Shown here one piece after another: positions 46,655 through 55,927 of a stretch of DNA of 64,000 nucleotides (positions are counted from its first letter, which is position 1; every line of letters starts with the position of its first letter). The DNA is from Minisyncoccota bacterium (GTDB lineage: Bacteria > Patescibacteriota > Minisyncoccia > Phycocordibacterales > UBA9973), in assembly GCA_041664745.1 (NCBI GenBank), contig JBAYKD010000001.1:106551-170550 (forward strand), given 5' to 3'. The notes beneath the pieces were generated by a model. That model searched no databases and was not told the DNA's origin. It saw nothing but the letters and a program-made list of their open reading frames with translations. The position numbers and the translations under genes are program-made.

Positions 46655-46870
46655 CTATCCTCTTTTAATAATTCTACCCTTACCACCGTATGGATCAATA
46701 AGAACTTCGACTCTATCTCCGACTAGAACCTTAATCCTATGCATACGCATCTTTCCAGATAAATAACTGATGATGATTTTACCATCACCTATATCTACTC
46801 GAAAAAGTGTGTTTGGAAGGGCTTCTGTTACTATTCCTATCGCAGTATTGTTGTCGTCTTTTTGATTCAT
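46655..46870 (-). CDS. infA: Translation initiation factor IF-1
   Basis: EALPN..FRV, SGKMR, GDRV. Confidence 0.95.
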   Translation of the reverse strand: MNQKDDNNTAIGIVTEALPNTLFRVDIGDGKIIISYLSGKMRMHRIKVLVGDRVEVLIDPYGGKGRIIKRG

Positions 46871-46923
46871 TTAATGTCCCCTTATCATAACAAATATATA
46901 TTAATCCGTCAATCTCCATACAC

Positions 46924-48258
46924 CTATTTTAAGACGACGTTTATATTCTCCACCTTATTTGGTAGTTTTTTGGACCAAAAAGGAATAATAGTTACGGAAG
47001 CTTTAGAAATACCGAGGTCATCTTTAAAAATTGAAAGAACTTCATTTTTACTCTTACCCACGACTCGATCCTTCAAATTCTCTATTCCTGGCTTCCAATT
47101 CATCACTACATTACCAGTTAATTCAAAATCAAAACTTTCAGTTTCTTTATTTATAACTTGATCTTTATTTGTAAAATTAAAAGAAAGAAGAGATAAATCA
47201 GGGTCTACTATTTCAAATCTCTCACCCTTGGTTATGTCAGGTAATAATCTATTAATAATCATATTAGAAAGATCACTTTCTTTTACTAAGAAAGCAGAAA
47301 GATTGGCCTTGATTTCTAACTTCAAATTAGGAGTTTTAGAAACTATTTTATCAGTAAAATTATAAGAATAATTCACTGCATCTGGATACAATATATAACC
47401 AGGTGGAACTGAAGCATTTAATTTGCGTAGAAGTTCTCCTTTAAACAGATCACTATTGGAAAGGATATCTGCCTTCTCTTGATCATCCATAATGTAAACC
47501 AAGCCAGCTAAACCTCCCGTCAAAGGAGTTTTCAGATGACCATATATTTTTGTATATTTAGCTGTACCCTTAAAAGAATTGATAGAAAAAGACGTAGGAC
47601 TACCATTATAAGTTTCTCCCGCTAAGAAAGCTGTAATTCCAACATTTATCTGCCCTGGTATAATAACTTTTAATTTATCTTGTTTGTATCCTGGAATAGA
47701 TACAGTCGTATCCGTCTTGTAAGTCTTCCCTTTTTCATCAGAGATGAAAGATCCCACAGGAATCTTCTCTGCCTTATTACTATATCCATTGTATAAAGTA
47801 ACTTCACCTTTTGCTTTGTCCGAAGCAGTTAGAGTAGAGGTAAGAATAACATCTTTGTAAACACTATCACCAACTATCATGACTTCAAATGGAACATTAT
47901 TTTTCTTTGAAGCAGCAATCTTCTCATTGGCTATGTTAAAGGTTTTGGTTTTGGGAGTAATAGTTATATCTGCTCTCAAGAATACATTTGATAGTAAATA
48001 ATAAGCTCCAACCAAAATGGAAAGTATAAAAAAGAAAAGAATAGTTTTATTGAAAGGTCGTTTACCACCCGGCATAATTGGAGTCTGTGGTATTCGTTGG
48101 ACAGAAGAAGGCACTATCTTTTTCTTTTTTAAAAAGTCATACTTAGAGTTATTGTTGGAAGAGAGATTAGAAATATTTTTCACAGCAACCGGTTCTTCGG
48201 CTGTTTTTAGAGGCTGTTTATTACTTAATTTAAAATCATCTAATTTCTTTTTAATCAT
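46924..48258 (-). CDS. Single-TM protein with a large beta-rich extracellular region
   Basis: Basic N-terminus, one TM, AKGEVTLYN / GETYN / LTGG motifs; overlaps the upstream FtsA-like gene. Confidence 0.75.
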   Translation of the reverse strand: MIKKKLDDFKLSNKQPLKTAEEPVAVKNISNLSSNNNSKYDFLKKKKIVPSSVQRIPQTPIMPGGKRPFNKTILFFFILSILVGAYYLLSNVFLRADITITPKTKTFNIANEKIAASKKNNVPFEVMIVGDSVYKDVILTSTLTASDKAKGEVTLYNGYSNKAEKIPVGSFISDEKGKTYKTDTTVSIPGYKQDKLKVIIPGQINVGITAFLAGETYNGSPTSFSINSFKGTAKYTKIYGHLKTPLTGGLAGLVYIMDDQEKADILSNSDLFKGELLRKLNASVPPGYILYPDAVNYSYNFTDKIVSKTPNLKLEIKANLSAFLVKESDLSNMIINRLLPDITKGERFEIVDPDLSLLSFNFTNKDQVINKETESFDFELTGNVVMNWKPGIENLKDRVVGKSKNEVLSIFKDDLGISKASVTIIPFWSKKLPNKVENINVVLK

Positions 48259-49438
48259 ACATTTCCATTTTTCTCATAACATTTATAGCCTCAATCATTA
48301 AGAATGGGTCACAAGTGCCATTCTTGACATTACACATATTTAAAAATTCTGGACCATCTAAAGTAACTAAAGTAAACTTCTTATTGGGAACCATGGACTG
48401 GATATATTCTTCATCATTTATAACTTTTACAAACCATTCTTTGACATCAGAGTCTATTGTTAAGAACATCACATTCGGCAATGTTAGTGTACGAGGAAGA
48501 GCGTTGATACACTCTCTAAACGATCCTCCCCAAGACTTTTTAATAGATTCTAGAATTGGAACAAGTTTCCCTTTTTCTTTTTCAAACAAGGTTTCTTTAT
48601 TAAAAAGAGAAAAGATTTCATGTGCATCACGTGGTTCAACTTTTAACTTATTACAAATATCTCGAAATAGCGTCTTCTTGCCATAAGGGAAAGAAATCGA
48701 GTCTTTCAATACGCCACGAGAAATAATACCAACATCTGTAACTTCACCACCAATATCAAGTAATAAATATGAATCCTGATTCATATATTTATCACGTACA
48801 GATATGTATGAAGCCACAATAAAAGAGGAGAAGGAAATTGGAGTAGAGTGGAATGATTTTGAAATTGTATCTTTAATTTTATCTAAACATACCTTTGGGG
48901 TTAAGGATATGATCATATTGATCTCAATGGAGTTGGTCTTCTTACCCAATGGCTCATCGACATGGTACCCATTCAAAAGAACTCCTACTATTGGATGCTC
49001 TATAACTTCGGGCTTGCTTTCTATATCCCCATATTTATCCTTATAAAGAGTATTTAGGGAAGAAAGTTCTTTGACAAGCAATTCATCTACAACTTTTTTA
49101 GTAAAAGCAAAAGAATGCTCTTTGCTCATCTTTATTAATCTTGTCTCTGATATATACCAAGGAGATGCCAATACACAAATGATCTCATCGGGGGCACCTA
49201 ATCTACTTTCAGATAAAGATTTGGAAGCAAAACCTAAAGAAAGAATCATGTCTTTCAAAAATGAATTAAAATCTACTTCTTTCTTGGTAACTATGTCTGT
49301 ACGAGTGGACTTTATAATCGTCGGTAAAGATTTTTTATCAAATGGAATACTGACGAGAGCTCCACCTACACTCCCAGAACCAATATCAAAAATGGCAACT
49401 AACTTTTCTTTCTTTTTAGATGTAAATAAAAATCCCAT
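48251..49438 (-). CDS. FtsA/PilM-like actin-fold protein
   Basis: FDIGSGSV phosphate-1 and LDIGGEVT phosphate-2 motifs. Confidence 0.75.
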   Translation of the reverse strand: MGFLFTSKKKEKLVAIFDIGSGSVGGALVSIPFDKKSLPTIIKSTRTDIVTKKEVDFNSFLKDMILSLGFASKSLSESRLGAPDEIICVLASPWYISETRLIKMSKEHSFAFTKKVVDELLVKELSSLNTLYKDKYGDIESKPEVIEHPIVGVLLNGYHVDEPLGKKTNSIEINMIISLTPKVCLDKIKDTISKSFHSTPISFSSFIVASYISVRDKYMNQDSYLLLDIGGEVTDVGIISRGVLKDSISFPYGKKTLFRDICNKLKVEPRDAHEIFSLFNKETLFEKEKGKLVPILESIKKSWGGSFRECINALPRTLTLPNVMFLTIDSDVKEWFVKVINDEEYIQSMVPNKKFTLVTLDGPEFLNMCNVKNGTCDPFLMIEAINVMRKMEMYD

Positions 49439-49508
49439 AACGTATACATTATACCCTGTACTTGATTTTTTTACAAAAGCTATCAAGGTATATTTCTATA
49501 TTAAACGC

Positions 49509-49548
49509 AAAAAAGCACTGAACCATAAATTTGAATTCAGTGCTTTTT
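49509..49548 (-). terminator. Intrinsic terminator
   Basis: AAAAAGCACTGAA...TTCAGTGCTTTTT. Confidence 0.7.
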
Positions 49549-49583
49549 AAAATCGGTTTTTACCAATTTGATTTAGGAAACGA

Positions 49584-50060
49584 TTATTTTACGATTCCTG
49601 TAATTTCCATACCGTATCCGAAGCGATCCCAACGATCCCATACTTTCTGCTTGTAACAGATTATGTGATGGGTGTTCTTGAGTGCTTCTTCAATTTGAGC
49701 ATATACATCTGACCTAAGTTGATACTTAAGTCTATAAGTAGAAGCATACTCAGAGTTTAAATCCCAGCCCCAGTAGTCACGAGATTTAATGGTACAGTAA
49801 GTGGTGTTTACATAACTTTTTTCGATAACTTTTTGTCCCCAATTATCGTAATATTCGTTAATGTTCTCGTCCTGAAACGTAGCAGGGTTTTTGGGGAATC
49901 GCAGGTCATCAGCATCAATGTAAACTCTGTCGTTTACATCCCTTAATGCAATTGGTTGATCCTCAACGAAATTTGGCTCGTTGAAAGGATTTGTGTCCAT
50001 TTTCTTGCAGGATGCAAAGAAGCCGATTAATATAATCGCAAATAATATTTTTGTTTTCAT
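49584..50060 (-). CDS. Hypothetical lipoprotein
   Basis: MKTK + hydrophobic stretch + FASC-KK lipobox; own TTGACA-N17-TACAAT promoter. Confidence 0.75.
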   Translation of the reverse strand: MKTKILFAIILIGFFASCKKMDTNPFNEPNFVEDQPIALRDVNDRVYIDADDLRFPKNPATFQDENINEYYDNWGQKVIEKSYVNTTYCTIKSRDYWGWDLNSEYASTYRLKYQLRSDVYAQIEEALKNTHHIICYKQKVWDRWDRFGYGMEITGIVK

Positions 50061-50199
50061 CTTTTTTAATTTAGATGATTATAAAATAAACCTGACCTCT
50101 TCCACTACAGAAGCGTTGCAGGTAAAACAATTTGTGTATATTGTATCACAAATAACATACATTGTCAATAGGCATGTTTTTTATATTCTATTATTAATT

Positions 50200-51990
50200 T
50201 TATTCCAAAATAGCCTTTATTCTACGTACTCCGGCGGAGCTGGCTTCTTCTTTTATTATTTTAAAATGGCCCAATACTCCCGTACTTTCTACATGAGGTC
50301 CCCCACAGAACTCGGCACTAAAGTCCCCTATCTTGTAAACCTTTACAATATCTCCATACTTGGACAAGTCGAAGGATACATTTTTTACAATTTTTGAAGC
50401 TTCATCCTTTGGTAGTTCTACCATTAGAACTGCAATATCCTCTCCAATTTTTTGATTAACTAAATCTTCAACTGACTTTAACTGATCTTCTGTAAGCTTA
50501 TCACCCCAATTGAAATCAAAACGCATTCTCTCAGCAGTTATATTACTTCCTTTTTGTATAATATCTTCTCCTAATATTTGTCTAAGAGTTGCAAGAAGCA
50601 TGTGTGTAGCAGTATGGTACCTGGTCTCCATAACGCCCGTGCCAGCCACCCCCCCCTTAAACATACCCGCACTTGATGTACGAGAAAGCTCCTGATGCTC
50701 TTTTAATTTTTTATCAAAATCCTCTCGATCTATTTTTATTCCTTTCTCTTTTGCAAGTTCAATCGTAAGTTCTATGGGGAAACCATAACTTTGGAATAAA
50801 TCAAAAGGATTTACACCTTTTTCAAAAGCTTTTAAGCCTTGCTCTAATGTTAAACGGAATTTTGATTCTTCTTTTAATATTTCATCTTTTATTACTTCTT
50901 TATTCTTTTCTAATTCAGGATAAGCATCTTTATATTTTTCTATCACAATATCAATAATTCTTGTGAGATATCCGTCTTTTAGTGACAATTTATCAGCATA
51001 CCTAATGACTCGACGCAGTATACGTCTCAATATATAACCACTGCCTGTGTTACTAGGTAATCCTCCATCAGCTATTATAAATACACTTGAACGTAAATGA
51101 TCAGCTACTATTCTCATCATTTTCCTAGTATCCACCCAACATTGTTCTCCATTTTTTATATACTCCTCATCTGTTTTATTTCCATAATCAAGACCTGATG
51201 ATTCTTCAATTTCAGAAATTATAAAACTAAACAAATCTGTCTCAAAAACAGTTTTCTTTCCTTGTACCACCATTGTAATTCTTTCAAAACCCATTCCTGT
51301 ATCTATATTATGTTTTGAGAGCTTGCCTATTACCTTGCCATCTTTCTGTTCATACATCATAAATACGTTGTTCCAGATTTCTATAACCTTACCCTCGTCG
51401 TCTGCTTTTACAAATTCATTAGGTGTCATATCACCAATTGCAACTTCATTTGTATCATAAAAAATTTCTGTATCAGGACCACAAGGACTATTCTCTCCTG
51501 CGCTCCACCAATTATTCTTCGCAGGCATAAAATAAATTCGTCCTTCAGGTAAATATTTCTTCCAAATTTCTACTGCTTCCATATCACGTGGTGCATCGTC
51601 ATTACCTTCAAAAACAGTCACGTATATCCTATTTATATCAAGACCAAGCCCTTCCTCTTTATCTGTAAGAAATTCAAAGCTCCACTTTATAGCATCAGGC
51701 TTGAAATAATCACCGAGAGACCAGTTTCCAAGCATTTCAAAAAATGTAAGGTGCCTATTGTCACCAACTTCATCAATATCAACTGTTCTTACACATTTTT
51801 GTGCATCAACTAAACGAGTACCCATAGGATGTTTTTGTCCTAGTAAATAGGGCATAATCGGTTGCATACCAGCTGTATTGAAAAGAACCGAAGGATCATT
51901 CTCGGGTATTAAAGAAGCACTAGGTATTATTTTATGTCCACGATTCTCAAAAAATTTGAGGAACTTTTGACGAATTTCATTTGAAGTCAT
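50200..51990 (-). CDS. alaS: Alanine--tRNA ligase (short form without C-Ala)
   Basis: NTAGMQP, HLTFFEMLGN, DTGMGFER, HTATH, CGGPH, GVRRI. Confidence 0.96.
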   Translation of the reverse strand: MTSNEIRQKFLKFFENRGHKIIPSASLIPENDPSVLFNTAGMQPIMPYLLGQKHPMGTRLVDAQKCVRTVDIDEVGDNRHLTFFEMLGNWSLGDYFKPDAIKWSFEFLTDKEEGLGLDINRIYVTVFEGNDDAPRDMEAVEIWKKYLPEGRIYFMPAKNNWWSAGENSPCGPDTEIFYDTNEVAIGDMTPNEFVKADDEGKVIEIWNNVFMMYEQKDGKVIGKLSKHNIDTGMGFERITMVVQGKKTVFETDLFSFIISEIEESSGLDYGNKTDEEYIKNGEQCWVDTRKMMRIVADHLRSSVFIIADGGLPSNTGSGYILRRILRRVIRYADKLSLKDGYLTRIIDIVIEKYKDAYPELEKNKEVIKDEILKEESKFRLTLEQGLKAFEKGVNPFDLFQSYGFPIELTIELAKEKGIKIDREDFDKKLKEHQELSRTSSAGMFKGGVAGTGVMETRYHTATHMLLATLRQILGEDIIQKGSNITAERMRFDFNWGDKLTEDQLKSVEDLVNQKIGEDIAVLMVELPKDEASKIVKNVSFDLSKYGDIVKVYKIGDFSAEFCGGPHVESTGVLGHFKIIKEEASSAGVRRIKAILE

Positions 51991-52019
51991 ATCTTCATAT
52001 TATACTAAAAAGACTAAAC

Positions 52020-52058
52020 AGAAAAGCCCTGCCTTCTTTAAGAAGGCAGGGCTTTTCT
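52020..52058 (-). terminator. Intrinsic terminator
   Basis: AGAAAAGCCCTGCCTTCT-TTA-AGAAGGCAGGGCTTTTCT. Confidence 0.8.
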
Positions 52059-52541
52059 TTATTTAATTTCTTCAAGGTGATCCTCTTTAAAATATTTACT
52101 CTTTTTAATTCTTTCTTCTATATACCATAACACCACGAAGATGAATAAAGTGAGAATCGTCGCAATAATTGCAATATTAAAAAGTCCCAAACCAGATGCC
52201 ATACCAATACCAGCGGATACCCAAAGTCCTGTTGCTGTCGTAAGTCCTACCAATTTAGAATCTTTATTAAAAATAATTCCTGCACCCAAGAATCCTATAC
52301 CTACTACGATCTGAGAAACTATCATTAATGGATTCATTCCAGAAAAACCAGCATAATATCTAACCATTTCATTTGAAATAACTACAAACAAGGCCGAACC
52401 CATAGAAACAAGCGCATAAGTACGCATTCCTGCAGTCTTGTGAGCCCAAACACGCTCCGTGCCTATAATCATACCTAATATTAAAGCAATAAAAAGACGT
52501 AAAACAATATCCATAGTAGCCCCGTTTAAAATATTTTCCAT
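52059..52541 (-). CDS. MgtC/SapB family membrane protein
   Basis: IGTER, AGMRT, GIGFLGAG, GLTTA. Confidence 0.9.
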   Translation of the reverse strand: MENILNGATMDIVLRLFIALILGMIIGTERVWAHKTAGMRTYALVSMGSALFVVISNEMVRYYAGFSGMNPLMIVSQIVVGIGFLGAGIIFNKDSKLVGLTTATGLWVSAGIGMASGLGLFNIAIIATILTLFIFVVLWYIEERIKKSKYFKEDHLEEIK

Positions 52542-52558
52542 ATAAAATTAGTATAACA

Positions 52559-52975
52559 TTATTTTAATTTATTCAAACTATTTATATCATGCTTTTCGTG
52601 TGCTTCGATTTCTGTGATAAGCTTCTTTTCACTTTTAAGTGTATCGTCCATCCAAAGTGAATATGGCACGTTGGACATGTCGGTATTACATCTCACAATC
52701 ATTGGAACCTTGTATGAATGCCCTGCTTGTACGTGCTTCATTAATTCTTCACTTAGACTTTTTTGAGTAGAGAACATGAGCATATATTGATCAACCTCCC
52801 TTATAATACCTTGCCATGGATATACAGAATGAATAACCCAATAATCCATAGAAATAGCCAACTTTTCCCCTATCGCAGAATAGCCCATAGAGCGAGCCTG
52901 TTCTATATCTCCACATATTGTATAAACGAAAACAACATCCTCCGCCCCTTTTTCAATTTTTTCTACAATATTCAT
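52559..52975 (-). CDS. cutA: CutA1 divalent-cation tolerance family protein
   Basis: SVYPWQG, HSYKVP, YSLW. Confidence 0.8.
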   Translation of the reverse strand: MNIVEKIEKGAEDVVFVYTICGDIEQARSMGYSAIGEKLAISMDYWVIHSVYPWQGIIREVDQYMLMFSTQKSLSEELMKHVQAGHSYKVPMIVRCNTDMSNVPYSLWMDDTLKSEKKLITEIEAHEKHDINSLNKLK

Positions 52976-53015
52976 ATGTTTTACAAGATTATTTTTTAAT
53001 AATTAACTACGCATA

Positions 53016-54161
53016 TTATCCCACAACACACCCACCTAAGCAAATGCCATTATTATAAACTACTATTGATTGTCCTTTATCTACAAGCACGCTTTTATCA
53101 AAACTAATTGCACAGGTCTGACCTGTGCAGACTAATTTGCAATTTAGTAGCTCTCCATGATAGCGAATCTGGGCAGTATAATCTTTATTTTTTTCTGGAA
53201 TATTTGAAATCCAATTTGCATTAGTAGTATTTATCTGCGAGCCAGAAAATTTATTTTTTGAATGGTCTGGCAAAGAAGATACAGTTATAGTATTCATTTC
53301 TATGTTCTTTGAAACGACATATAGGGGTTTACTATTATCATCATTTTTGAAAATATTAAATCCATGACGCTCACCGAGAGTGAAAAAAATAGCTCCATCA
53401 TGTGAACCGATAATTTCCCCACTTTCATTTAATACATCCCCTTTCTTCGTTTCAATATAATGCTTCAGGAAATCTTTCATATCAAGAGGTCCTAAGAAGC
53501 AAACGCCCTGACTATCTTTTTTTGTCGCCGTAGGAAGTTTATATTTCTCTGCTAAAATTCTCACTTCAGTTTTTTGTAAATGCCCCACAGGAAATAAAGT
53601 ATGACTTAAATCATCTTGTGTAAGAGTCCAAAGAAAATATGATTGATCTTTGGAGGAATCGATCCCTTTGTGAAGTTCCTCTCCTCCTTTTCGAGGAGGA
53701 GTGCCCATAGGGCGAGGTGGTAATTCTTTTAGATCACCACCCCCTACCCCCTCCTCCACAAGGAGGGGAGATTTGCGTGCATAATGCCCTGTCGCAATAA
53801 AGTGAGCTCCGTGCTCTTTTGCAAATTGCCAAAACACCCCAAACTTCACCATACGATTACACATTACGTCAGGATTTGGAGTATTCCCTTTTTTATATTC
53901 TTCTATCATATAATCTGCTACACCTTTTTTATAAGCTTCTTCTGCGTCGCATTCTAAAAATGGAATATCAAGATGTGCACATACTCGCATAGCGTCACGG
54001 CGTTCATCCTTCCATGTACATTCTATAAAGTCCGGTGACCATGTACGAATAAAAACCCCAACGACATTATAATCTTGGTCTTTAAGTAGAGCCGCCGCGA
54101 CAGAGCTATCCACCCCGCCTGACACCCCAACAAATACAGTTTTTTTTATTTCTTTTCCCAT
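53016..54161 (-). CDS. mnmA: tRNA 2-thiouridylase
   Basis: SGGVDS, TPNPDVMCN, ATGHYA, KDQSYFL, KKDSQGVCF, GQS. Confidence 0.95.
   Translation of the reverse strand: MGKEIKKTVFVGVSGGVDSSVAAALLKDQDYNVVGVFIRTWSPDFIECTWKDERRDAMRVCAHLDIPFLECDAEEAYKKGVADYMIEEYKKGNTPNPDVMCNRMVKFGVFWQFAKEHGAHFIATGHYARKSPLLVEEGVGGGDLKELPPRPMGTPPRKGGEELHKGIDSSKDQSYFLWTLTQDDLSHTLFPVGHLQKTEVRILAEKYKLPTATKKDSQGVCFLGPLDMKDFLKHYIETKKGDVLNESGEIIGSHDGAIFFTLGERHGFNIFKNDDNSKPLYVVSKNIEMNTITVSSLPDHSKNKFSGSQINTTNANWISNIPEKNKDYTAQIRYHGELLNCKLVCTGQTCAISFDKSVLVDKGQSIVVYNNGICLGGCVVG
53109..53129. repeat. 21-bp REP-like palindrome inside mnmA
   Basis: TGCACAGG-TCTGA-CCTGTGCA, read as CTGQTCA. Confidence 0.65.
53679..53771. repeat. 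93-bp inverted pair of GC-rich palindromes in frame inside mnmA
   Basis: CTCCTCCT-TTTCG-AGGAGGAG...GGTGGT / ACCACC...CCCCTCCT-CCACA-AGGAGGGG; encodes SPLLVEEGVGGGDLKELPPRPMGTPPRKGGE. Confidence 0.8.
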
Positions 54162-55009
54162 CTTGCAAAAATACCACAAGGGAGCAATCGTTTACTATTA
54201 CTTTCTTCTATAACTAGTTCTCCTCCCTCAATTTTCCCTTTATATTCCTTCATTAAATCATTTAAATTATTCTCGTAAACAATGGAAGAATACCCTGCAG
54301 TATACCCATTTATAAGAATAAATAAAGGATCTGGAGATAATACCTTTTTACACAAATCCATAAGATTTAGAAAGTCTTCTTCAATCTTCCAAAGTTCATC
54401 TTTCGGACCATGACCAAAAGAAGGTGGATCCATTATAATGGCATCATACTTTCTTCCCCTTTTTATTTCTCTTTTTAAAAATAAAATTACATCATCTACT
54501 ATCCAGCGTATTGGTGCTTCTTTCAATCCTGAAAGTTCGGCATTAACACGTGCCCACTCTACTGCATTTTTCGATCCATCTACATGGCAGACTTCCGATC
54601 CCGCTTTTGCACACACTAAAGTTGCCCCACCTGTATAGGCAAATAAATTTAATATAGAAATAGGTTCGCTCCTTTTTTTAATTATTTCTGTCATCCATTC
54701 CCAGTTTGGAAGCTGTTCAGGGAAAAGTCCTATATGCTTGAAAGAAGTTGGCTTTATAGAAAAAGTTAAACCACCGTATGATATATTCCAATTATTAGGA
54801 ATTCCATTTTTAATTATCCATTTATTCTTTGTACCATTACGGATAAATTCTAAATCTGCATTACTCCATTCTTTATCATTCAAATTCTTTTTCCATAAAG
54901 CCTCTGGATCAGGACGAGATAAAAAGTATTTACCATACCTTTCAAGCTTCATTCCCATACCACTATCGATCAATTCATATTCTTTTTGTTTTATTGTTTT
55001 TAGTATCAT
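54146..55009 (-). CDS. Class I SAM-dependent methyltransferase (RlmI/RlmK-like)
   Basis: LERYG, GLFPEQ, LNLFAYTGG, MDPPSF. Confidence 0.85.
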   Translation of the reverse strand: MILKTIKQKEYELIDSGMGMKLERYGKYFLSRPDPEALWKKNLNDKEWSNADLEFIRNGTKNKWIIKNGIPNNWNISYGGLTFSIKPTSFKHIGLFPEQLPNWEWMTEIIKKRSEPISILNLFAYTGGATLVCAKAGSEVCHVDGSKNAVEWARVNAELSGLKEAPIRWIVDDVILFLKREIKRGRKYDAIIMDPPSFGHGPKDELWKIEEDFLNLMDLCKKVLSPDPLFILINGYTAGYSSIVYENNLNDLMKEYKGKIEGGELVIEESNSKRLLPCGIFARWEKK

Positions 55010-55012
55010 AAA

Positions 55013-55918
55013 TTATTTTAAATATTTAAGTATATTACTTCTATGCTCATTGAAATCTACTGCATAATGCACATTACCATCTTTATCATGAAGATAAAAT
55101 AGATACCCTGATTCCTGTGGGTATAACGCCGCTTTAATAGCTAGAAGCCCAGGATTACTAATAGGGCTCTTTGGTAAGCCAACCTCTTTATAGGTATTTG
55201 GGGCTGCATCAACTTGTAGAGGCATACCAAACTGTATTCTTTTCCATAAAATTCCAGAGATTATAGCTATATCATTCTTGCCACCTGCTTCTTTTTCAAG
55301 AATTGAAGCCATTATTATTATATCAGACAAACTATGGTTTCCAGATTTTATATCTTTGTCTATTCCATTAATCCTTTTTTGAAAATTCGCAGTAATATCA
55401 GTGAGAATTTCATCAGTGCTAGAAAGTGAATAGAAGAAATAAGTATCGGGGAATAAATAACCCTCTTTGCTTCTAGGGTCACTCAAAAATAAATCCGTAT
55501 TAAAGTTTGGAATTTTATCAGCCAGAATTTTGGCCATATCTTTTTCAGTTATACCTTCTTTTAATGTAACTTTAATCGGTAGAACATTATGATGTCCACG
55601 AGATATTTGCCAAGCCACAATCCAAACTGGAGAATTTTTCTTAATTAAATAGTCGCCAGAAATAATCCCCTTTTTTGTTCCAATTAATTTAATAAAAACT
55701 TTTAAAGTGAGATCACTTCGAATAGCCTGATTTTTTATTAATTCACTAGATATAGAACGGAGTGGTTGACCGATCGATATATGAATTAATACATCATTAT
55801 TCTTAAATGGTGCAGATAAAAGATAAAAGATAATTAAAGCAATAATTATAAAAATACTTAATATTTGGATATTAAGTATTTTATTCTTAGGTTTAATTGT
55901 ATCTATATTTTCATCCAT
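55013..55918 (-). CDS. mltG: Endolytic transglycosylase MltG
   Basis: EGYLFPDTY, ASILEKE, MPLQVDA, NTY...GLP..PISNPG. Confidence 0.92.
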   Translation of the reverse strand: MDENIDTIKPKNKILNIQILSIFIIIALIIFYLLSAPFKNNDVLIHISIGQPLRSISSELIKNQAIRSDLTLKVFIKLIGTKKGIISGDYLIKKNSPVWIVAWQISRGHHNVLPIKVTLKEGITEKDMAKILADKIPNFNTDLFLSDPRSKEGYLFPDTYFFYSLSSTDEILTDITANFQKRINGIDKDIKSGNHSLSDIIIMASILEKEAGGKNDIAIISGILWKRIQFGMPLQVDAAPNTYKEVGLPKSPISNPGLLAIKAALYPQESGYLFYLHDKDGNVHYAVDFNEHRSNILKYLK

Positions 55919-55927
55919 AAACTATTA

